In this document: piece after piece, positions 54,550 through 64,000 of the stretch | Numbering within the stretch: the first letter of the stretch is position 1 | Layout of the letters: every line of letters begins with the position of its first letter | Assembly: GCA_951406725.2 (NCBI GenBank) | Contig: OX597830.1 | Location: forward strand, 74,090,001-74,154,000 | Direction of reading: 5' to 3' | DNA from: Octopus vulgaris | Lineage: Eukaryota | DNA: 64,000 bases | Notes under the pieces: generated by a model | What the model saw: the letters and a program-made list of their open reading frames with translations, nothing else | Databases searched by the model: none | What the model was told of the DNA's origin: nothing | Position numbers and translations under genes: made by a program

Positions 54550-55239
54550 AATGAAAACAAACATTAAAAAAAAGAAAGAAAGACAAAAAAGTCAAGTGTT
54601 CAGGGAATTGAACTCATAAAGTCAAGAGCGAAAACAAACGCAAAGTGTATTTTGCCCTATCCGACGACATCCCTAACGGTTCTACGAAACCATCGGCCCA
54701 TGTTTTGATGGAAATGTCATGAAAAATTTTATTGACGGAAAGAGAGAGTCGTTCTAAAGAATTTTATTGCATTGAACTTGTAGGCGTGACGTAGTGGGTA
54801 CTGAAAGAAGGTGACCCTTGCATTGACCAGACTCCTTCAATATGAGATAGGAAAACAACTTTACACATCATAAAATTCGTAAAATAAGATGAGTTCCTGT
54901 ACAAATTTTATTAACCGTTATTTTTTTTTATTCTTATTCTATTATCTGTTTTTAGGTTGTTTTATTATATTTTCGTTGTTTCTGTTGGTCGATTCCTACC
55001 AACACATATTTGTTGTTACTTAGTCCCAGTTTAGCTCTGACCTGGCAGTTCTCTGATCAAAGGTTTTCTATGCATGACCAACACATCATTTCATTCTTTT
55101 TTGGTTTGTTTTATCAACTCGAATTTACGACTACGTTGTTGAATGTATCGTTCCTGTTTTTATAAAACGGTATAATAGCTTTTCAGGGAGATTTGGCAGC
55201 TATTTTTAAAAGTTCAAGAGGCAACGTTGATTAGAATCC

Positions 55240-56143
55240 GGCGAGCTGGCAGAAACGTTAGCAAGCCGGGCGAAATGCTTAGCGGTATTTCGTCTTCCGT
55301 TACGTTCTGAGTTCAAATTCTGCCGAGGTCGACTTTGCCTTTCATCCTATCGGGGTCGATTAAATAAGTACCAGTAACGCCGGGCAATGCTTAGTCTTCC
55401 GTTACGTTGTTAAATTTCCGAAGGCGACTTTGCCTTTCATCCTTTCGGGGTCGATTAAATAAGTACCAGTAACGCACTGGTGTCGATATAATCGACTTAA
55501 TCCGTTTGTCTGTCTTTGTTTGTCCCCTCTGTGTTTAGCCCCTTGTTGGTAGTAAAGAAATAGGTATTTCGTCTGCCGTTACGTTCTGAGTTCAAATTTT
55601 ACCGAGGTCGACTTTGCCTTTCATCCTTTCGGGGTCAATTAAAGAAGTACCAGTTACGCACTGGGGTCGATATAATCGACTTAATCCGTTTGTCTGTCTT
55701 TGTCTGTCCCCTCTGTGTTTAGCCCCTTGTGGGTAGTGAAGAAATAGGTATTTCGTCTGCCGTTACGTTCTGAGTTCAAATTTTACCGAGGTCGACTTTG
55801 CCTTTCATCCTTTCGGGGTCAATTAAAGAAGTACCAGTTACGCACTGGGGTCGATATAATCGACTTATTCCGTTTGTCTGTCTTTGTCTGTCCCCTCTGT
55901 GTTTAGCCCCTTGTGGGTAGTGAAGAAATAGGTATTTCGTCTGCCGTTACGTTCTGAGTTCAAATTCCGCCGAGGTCGATTTTGCCTTTCATCCTTTCGG
56001 GGTCGATTAAATAAGTACCAGTTACGCACTGGGGTCGATATAATCGACTTATTCCGTTTGTCTGTCTTTGTTTGTCCCCTCTGTTTATTGTTTAGGCCCT
56101 TGTGGGTAGTAGTAAAGAATTAGGTATTTCGTCTGCCGTTACG
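55240..56143 (+). mobile_element. SINE family B concatemer (about 5 units, 184-bp period)
   Basis: Junction taggtatttcgtctgccgttacg recurs at 55561, 55745, 55929 and 56121. There is a single head at 55240. Confidence 0.9.
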
Positions 56144-56353
56144 AAATAAGAATCCAATAACACTTCCTTAAACATAGCATTTTCGTTGTAATCCGCTGGT
56201 TTCTCGAAATAAATTTCAACCCGACTGCTTACAGTAGAAAAGATCATTAGTGATGTCATAAGGGCCTTGGAGTGACAGGGTCGCTAGAATATTGAGCAAA
56301 GAACTTATCAACAGCTGTTACTGCTTCTATTACTGCTACTATGGCTCATTTCC

Positions 56354-56556
56354 TCTTTTACTCTTTTACTTGTTTCAGTCATTTGACTGCAGCCATGCTG
56401 GAGCAATGCCTTTAGTCGAGCAAATCGAACCCAGGACTTATTTTTTTGTAAGCCTAGTACTTATTCTATCGGGCTCTTTGCCGAACCGCTAAGTTACGGG
56501 GACGTAAACACACCAGCATGTTGGGGAACAAACAGACACACAAACACATATATATA

Positions 56557-56642
<86 letters not shown>

Positions 56643-56793
56643 CGGGCTTCTTTCAGTTTCCGTCTACCAAATCCACTCACAAGGATTTGGTCGGCCCGAG
56701 GCTATAGTAGAAGGCACTTACCCAAGGTGCCACACTGTGGGACTGAACCCGGAACCATGTGGTTGGTAACCAAGCTACTCACCACACAGCCAC
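56354..56793 (-). mobile_element. SINE family A, full length
   Basis: Collinear with the other copies. Confidence 0.85.
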
Positions 56794-57006
56794 TGGTTTA
56801 TATTTATTTCGTGTCAGCGAGATGTATGGTTACTGACCTTCCAAGAGATAGCAGACGAACCACATTCAAATCACAGACATTCTTTTCAAAATGGAAATAC
56901 ACGTTGGACAATAGTACCACAGCATTGTATCAGTTACCTGTTTCTCACAAGAGATTCTTTAAGGAGTGGAATGTATAATTCACTGTAAGTCATACAACCT
57001 CATGTG

Positions 57007-57310
57007 AAGGTGCATGGCTCAGTGGTTAGAGCGTCGGGCTCACAATCATGAGGTAGTAAGTTCGATTCCCGAACCGGAAACAAAACACTTTATTTTACTT
57101 TGCTTCAATTCATTCAAGTTGCAACGTCACTGGTACCATGCTGTATCGACCGTTGCCTTTCCCTTGGATAACATCGGAGGCATGACTAGTATTCATGGGC
57201 AACTGCTGGTCTTCCGTAAACAACGTTGCCCAGACTTGTGCCTGTGTGGGGAACTTTCTAGGTGCAACCCCATGGTCATTAACGACCGAAGAGGGTCTTC
57301 ACCGTTTAAC
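57007..57310 (+). mobile_element. tRNA-derived SINE with a distinct body
   Basis: tggctcagtggttagagcgtc...gttcgattccc head, no acceptor stem, followed by about 230 bp of non-tRNA body. Confidence 0.6.
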
Positions 57311-57329
57311 TTATACAGCCTCATGGCCC

Positions 57330-57520
57330 CAACAGACAACATGGAAAATGGCATTGCCCTAAAGGGAAATGCGCTGGAACAGCCACTTTCACTCACGGGG
57401 CTTGCACTTTCCTCGGACAGCCATCTCCGTCCCGATAGCATTGAGCAGGGATATGGTCTAGGGGCCAAGAACACCGGAGGTCTCCACTGCTACCTGATCG
57501 ACCACGAACATGTCAGTTAG
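57330..57520 (-). mobile_element. 3' fragment of a CRE-like (RLE-bearing) non-LTR retrotransposon
   Basis: A minus frame reads QVAVETSGVLGP*TISLLNAIG...PRE*KWLFQRISL*GNA, matching the PVAVETxG...QRxS...RGNA C-terminus of CRE-type ORFs. It has three in-frame stops. Confidence 0.65.
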
Positions 57521-58389
57521 CGAACAAAATACATTTTTGATATTTCTTCCGGTTGTTTATGTTCTGAGTGTGAAGGCGCGTGGCTTAGTGGTTAGGGCAT
57601 TCGACACATGATCATGAGGTCCTGAGTTCGATTCCCGGCCACGTGTTGTACCCTTGAGCAAGACATTTTATTTCACGTTGCTCCAGCTGTATTTCAACAG
57701 GACCAGCATTGTGATATTCTGTGTCACGATGAATCTACCTGAGAAATAAGTTAAGGTGACGTGTCTGTGGAGTGCTCTGTCACTTGCACGTTAATTTCAC
57801 CAGCAAGGTTGTTCCATATGTTCCGAGTTCAAATCTCACCTGTGTCAAAGTTGCTCTTCGTACGCTTGATATCAATGAAGCAAAGTGCAAACCAAGAATT
57901 GGCTCGATTTAAATCAGCTAACATTTTTTTTATAAATTTCGCCAGATCACTCGCCTTGTATTGTTAGAGCGTCGGACAAAATGACTTACTGTATTTATTC
58001 CGGCATTTTTTGAGAAATAGATGGGTACACACATTTACATTTGTGGAAGGTTGAAGATGAAAGCATGTAAGAGAAGAGGAGGAGGGGGAGGAAGGGGACA
58101 GAGGTTAGAACTTGATTGAGAAATTGTAAACAGGGACGGACTGAAGGATATAGAAGACAAACGTATCAAAGAAAGCGGTGTACGTGTGTGTGTGTGTGTG
58201 AGTGTATGTGTGTGTGTGTATGTGTGTGTGTAAGTTCGTAATTTTTAAACAAAATTGGTGATGGGCGGGTAGGTCAAAGAGAGCTCGTAAATAACCACGT
58301 CCCCTCAGCAAGGTCTGGACTACGAGGCGCTGTCTTTCACCGGCAGCACCGCCTTGTTGCCTTCCACACACACACACACTCTCTCAGAA

Positions 58390-58420
<31 letters not shown>

Positions 58421-58655
58421 GTGTGTGTGTTCTCTAGCTAAGCCCTCCAAGCTATTATTCAGCGAGCGCTGGCAAAGCAGTAGCACCATCAGTTCTCCTT
58501 CAGTGACTCCCCTTCTTACCTCCTCCCCCCCTCTCTCTCTCTCTGTCTCCAATTATTTCTTTATATTTCTTTTTTTGTTCTATTTATGCAATTATTCTCC
58601 CTCCCTCCCTCCCTTCCTCCCTTTTTTCTGTTTCACTTCACTACTTTCCCCCTCC

Positions 58656-58700
<45 letters not shown>

Positions 58701-59031
58701 TATATATATATTTATATATATATATATGTTTATTTTTCTATATATGTATTTTTTCTGTATGCCTGCCTAACTTCCACCCTCTGTCTCTCTCTTTCTCACT
58801 CTTCCTCTCTCTCTCTCTCTCATAAACACGTAGTCTATCTTCCTTTCTTTCACTTATGTTCTCTCTCTATCTGTCTGTCTGTCTCTCTCTCTCGCACATA
58901 CACACATACAGACATACATATTACACAAGCAGTCACACATATTCCGACGATCATTCACACACACGCACATACACACTAACTCACTTTCTGTGTCACACGC
59001 AGGCATACGCACATAAGCTCTGTCTCGCCCT

Positions 59032-59104
<73 letters not shown>

Positions 59105-60023
59105 GTACGGATACACACGCACACTCCTTTTTCACTCTTACATATGCACACATACCGTCTCTCTCTTACACACACACTCCTCTTTCGCTTTCACTCATTC
59201 ACAAACACATACTGTTTATCACACATACAATTCACACACACACACACACTCTCTCTCTCTCTCTCTCTCTCATAAAGACATATTCTCTCTTCTTTTGTTT
59301 CACGCATATTCTGTCTCTCTCTCTCTCTCACGTACACACATACAGACGTATGCACAAATAGACACACACATACCGACATACATTCTCTCTCTTCTCTCTG
59401 TCTCTCTCTCTCTCTTGTGTCTCTCTCTCTCTCTTGTCCCTCTCTCTCTCTCTCTCTTGACTCCATCTCTCTCTTGTCTCTCTCTTGACTCCATCTCTCT
59501 CTTGTCTCTCTCTCTCGCTCTTGTCTCTCTCTCTCTCTCACACACACACTCCTCTTTCACTTTCATGCATTCACATACACATACCGATTATCACACCCAC
59601 AACAAACACCCACCCTCACTAGCTCTTTCCCTCCCTCCCTCTCTATCTCTCTCTATCTCTTCCTCTCCCTCCCCTTCTTTTCCCACTGCTTCCGTCACCA
59701 TTGTTTATTTAAACCTGTTTCGTTTTATGTATGGATGTTTGGTTAGTTTTGTTTCGCTGACTATTATTGGCGGCGGGACTTTTCATGGACGCCGTGGAGT
59801 GGTGGTGCAGGACCGCTGTAGTAGTAAATAGTAAGAGCAATACATATATATATAATATAATTGGTGACGGCGGTGGGTTTGCTAGCGACTTCAGCGCCTG
59901 CTGGTTGGTTGCCTGTTTAATGTTTTGGTGGTTGTAATAGTAGTAGTAGTGGTGATTGTCAATATGATGTTGACAGCGGGGTTGGAGTGACGGGTGCTGG
60001 TTGGTTGTTGGTGTGTCGTAGAA

Positions 60024-60247
60024 GGGCGGCGAACGTTAGCGCGCCGGGCGAAATGCTTAGCGGTATTTCGTCTGTCGTTGTGTTCTGAGTTCAAATTCCG
60101 CCGAGGTCGACTTTGCCTTTCATCCTTTCGGGGTCGATAAATTAAGTACCAGTTTCGCACTGGGATCGATGTAATCGATTTAATCCGTTTGTCTGTCCTT
60201 GTTTGTCCCCTCTGTGTTTAACCTCTTGTGGGCAGTAAAGAAATAGG
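60024..60247 (+). mobile_element. SINE family B monomer with TSD
   Basis: TSD ggtgtgtcgtag at 60010-60021 and 60246-60257. Confidence 0.85.
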
Positions 60248-60253
60248 TGTGTC

Positions 60254-60307
<54 letters not shown>

Positions 60308-60677
60308 ATGATATGTGCGCTAGCTATTAGCCCCCCTCCGCCGGTCCGGTCAGCCTTGATCTAGAAAAACCTAGAATCAATGACACTCCAGCCGTGACCA
60401 TATCGTCTTTTCCCTGTGTACATACAACATGGAACCAAAGACAACATTATCCAATATGTCTTTTAGAAAAAAAATGTAATTTTAAGATTTCGCTGTTATT
60501 TCTAAGATGTAGAACAACCATGTAAAGATTCCCTCCCTGGCTCCGACATGGGTGGTTGTTTGGGCAGAGGTTGTGATGTTGGTAGTGGTGTTGTTGGTGC
60601 TGGGTTTTGTTGACTGTTTTGTTGTTGCAGTTGTTTAATCCCAGCTCATCTTTGATCCAACAGATCAACAGTTTTCA

Positions 60678-60829
60678 ACTCTTTTTTCAGTCATTTGACT
60701 GGAGCACTGCCTTTAGTCGAGTAAATCGACCCCAGGACTTATTCTTTGTAAGTCTATCGGTCTCTTTTGACGTAAATACACCAGCATCGGTTGTCAAGCG
60801 ATGTTGGGGGGACAAACACAGACACACAA

Positions 60830-60906
<77 letters not shown>

Positions 60907-61125
60907 TACACACTCACACACACTCACATATATATATACGACGGGCTTCTTTCAGTTTCCGTCTACCATATCCACTCACAAGGCTTTGGTCGGCCCGAGG
61001 CTATAGTAGAAGAAAGTTGCCCAAGGTGCCACGCAGTGGAACTGAATCCAGAACCATTTGGTTGGTAAGCAAGCTACTTATCATACAGTCATTCCTGCGA
61101 CCATCCATACAGCCACTCCTGCGCC
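60678..61125 (-). mobile_element. SINE family A with small internal deletions
   Basis: Collinear with the other copies. Confidence 0.8.
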
Positions 61126-61299
61126 TATTCTTAATTTTAAAGATACTGCTTTCAAAATTCCCATTTTCTTTTACCCTCGTTGACTTCTGTACAGGTTTGC
61201 AATAACACTCAGTGAAAGTGACTGAAATCATGTTAAACCACGTAAAATACTAGAGAAAGGATCGTTGATGTTTCTTAACATATAAATACATGTAGAGCA

Positions 61300-61525
61300 A
61301 CATTTTTTCATGAGCCCTTAAAATACTATTGCGGACCCCCAATTTCAAGTATGTAAAATATTAGAGAGGGAAACGTAGCTGCCATAAATACATCTAAAGC
61401 AAGAGTGTCTCATGGACCCTTAAAACATTATGTGGGATCTCCAATTTACTCTTTTGCTTGCGTGGATACCCAAAATCTCATATGGACCACCTGGGGTGAG
61501 AGGACTCTCATTGAGAAGCACTTCA
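61300..61525. mobile_element. hAT-like MITE end fragment
   Basis: Repeated ggaccc subterminal motifs ending in ttgagaagcact, resembling the reverse complement of a CAGTGGTTCTCAA-type TIR. Confidence 0.35.
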
Positions 61526-61589
61526 ATAGACCGGCGATCAGAGACAATTTATCTACGAAGATCCTATCTTTCTTGTGTTACAGTATTCT

Positions 61590-62520
61590 TTTCTCCTTTA
61601 AGCACAAGGCCTGAAATTTTATGGGAGGGAGCCAGTCGATTAGATCGACCCCAGTGCGTAACTGGTACTTATTTAATCGACCCCGGCGTAATTTGAACTC
61701 AGAACGTAGCAGCAGACGAAATACCTATTTCTTTACTACCCACAAGGGGCTAAACATAGAGGAGACAAACAAGGACAGACATAGGTATTAAGTCGATTAC
61801 ATCGACCCCAGTGCGTAACTGGCACTTTAATTTATCGACCCCGAAAGGATGAAAGGCAAAGTCGACCTCGGCGGAATTTGAACTCAGAACGTAACGGCAG
61901 ACGAAATACCGCTGGGCGAAATGCTTACTGTAAGGCGGCGAGCTGGCAGAAACGTTAGCACGTCGGGCGAAATGTTTAGCGGTATTTCGTCTGCCGCTAC
62001 GTTCTGAGTTCAAATTCCGCCAAGGTCGACTTTGACTTTCATCCTTTCGGGATCGAAAAATTAAGTACCAGTTACGCACTGGGGTTGATGGAATCGACTT
62101 AATCCGTTTGTCTGTCATTGTTTGTCCCCTCTATATTTAGCTCCTTGTGGGTAATAAAAATCAGGTATTTCGTCTGCCGCTGTGTTCTGAGTTTATATTC
62201 CGTAGAGATCGACTTTGACTTTCATCCTTTCGGCGTCGATAAATTAAGTACCAGTTGCGTATTGGGGTCGATCTAATCGACTGTGTCCCTCCCCGAAAAT
62301 TTCGGGCCTTGTGCCTAGAATAGAAAAGAATCGTTTGCACGCTAAGCAAATACTTAGCAGCATTTCATTCGGCTTCACGTTCTGAGTTCAAATTCCACCG
62401 AAGTCGACTTTACATTTTATCCTTTCGGGGACAATGAAATAAGCACCAGTTGAGTCATGAGGTCGATATATTTGATTTAGTCCCTGCCGCCGAAATTGCT
62501 GGCCTCGTACCAAAATTTCA
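61590..62520. mobile_element. Cluster of SINE family B copies in head-to-head inverted arrangement
   Basis: Minus copies at about 61590-61915, a plus dimer at 61933-62330 and a further plus relic to about 62520. Confidence 0.8.
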
Positions 62521-63196
62521 TATCATTATTACATTATCCTATACCTCTATACAACTTTGATGGGAGGGAAGATGCTGATTTGAAGCAATTTTGAGATACG
62601 TTTGCTGATGTTTGTCATAATGTTTGTGGTTGCTAAAGTTCCCAGCTCAGTACTGATTCATTAAAATAGACGTTCCAACCACGACAATCGGGTCGTTGTT
62701 TTTATCTTGGCCTACTTTGCTCGGTGCGAGGCTTTCATGTGATGAAATATGTCTGCCATTTCCAACATATCGATCGGCCCTTCACTGTTCGGGTTTTTTA
62801 GTGCTAATAGTGAGGTTGGTGGAGGGCATCACATGGAATCGTTTCTTCCCCATTTCCAATCCACTCATCAATCTCTATTGATAAAGGAATAAAAACGACA
62901 ATGAGGTTAATTACTTAGACACCCCGTCCTTATAGAAAAAAAAACAACAATATTTGAATTAGCATTATTTATCTAATGCATATTTAGTATACACATATAC
63001 ATGTGTGTGTGTATGTATGTCTATGTGAGTGTGTGTGTGTGTGTGTAAAGAGAATGGAGTGAACTTGTCCTTTTGTTACTTTGATTTACAATTGTTTCAT
63101 CTGATTTCGATCTCAAATAACCTGGATCCGTGAGTATACTACAGGATTAAAATCCGAATGAATTTATTATTATCATCATCATCATCATCATCATCA

Positions 63197-63264
<68 letters not shown>

Positions 63265-63327
63265 GTATATGTATAAATGTATATATATATATACATATAT
63301 ATACATACATATATATATGCATGTATA

Positions 63328-63376
<49 letters not shown>

Positions 63377-63406
63377 TATATATATATATAATATATATAT
63401 ACATAT

Positions 63407-63504
<98 letters not shown>

Positions 63505-63762
63505 GCAGAGATTACATAGTGACCTAAGGTTCAAGAATTTCGTGCGTTAGCATTGTTTGTCCTGTACTCTGTTTTATCGTTGTTAAAAAAAAGTCCGTTT
63601 CCTTGTTTGATTTTGTCTTCGTTTCTCGTTCTACGTTTATTTGTGGTGTCCTGTACTCATATATATATATATATATATGCTTGTATATATACATGTAGAT
63701 GTAAGTATGTACATATATGTATGAATATATGCATATATTTTATTTATTTATTATATTGTTAT

Positions 63763-63826
<64 letters not shown>

Positions 63827-64000
63827 GATGAGTGCACTGTAAGATGTAAGATTGCGACTTGTGAAGCTAAATCATTGAAATGGCTACAATGGCCTGACAA
63901 GTCCTCGGAATAAGTGGTGTAACCTGCGTCATGTGTTTGTCATAATTTCCCATATACATATATATGTGTTTCTGTGTTTTCTGTGTGTGTGTATGTGTGT

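Noticed and set aside
55240-56143. CRISPR-like or satellite-like regular array
   Set aside because: There are no unique spacers, the units are SINE B bodies, and the context is eukaryotic.
57010-57078. tRNA-Val(CAC)-like sequence
   Set aside because: Acceptor and anticodon stems do not pair and it runs into a SINE body.

Overview
This is AT-rich, microsatellite-saturated animal DNA. The repeat landscape suggests an octopus (coleoid cephalopod), which is inferred and not verified. Only one host coding sequence is credible: the first coding exon of a central-class Hox gene, most likely Antennapedia (14878-15466, +). It has an MSTYLPNS N-terminus, a YPRFPPYNR motif and the IYPWMRSQY hexapeptide, then a phase-1 GT donor. 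No homeobox exon is visible downstream, so 15467-64000 is probably one intron of more than 48 kb. Almost all other ORFs in the track are microsatellite translations. The rest of the window holds three tRNA-headed SINE families, mariner/Tc1/pogo/hAT/Helentron-type relics, two Penelope-like relics and a CRE-like retrotransposon relic. The most unexpected structure is about ten minimal type I hammerhead-ribozyme motifs from several sequence families. Four sites are palindromes with a hammerhead, or its remnant, on each strand, and one motif (24542-24585, -) looks intact. One SINE family also inserts as head-to-tail concatemers with an invariant junction. Several clusters of Hox/Pbx, YY1(Pho), TCF, E-box and CCAAT motifs are candidate Hox regulatory elements. 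All calls were made by eye, and repeat boundaries are approximate.
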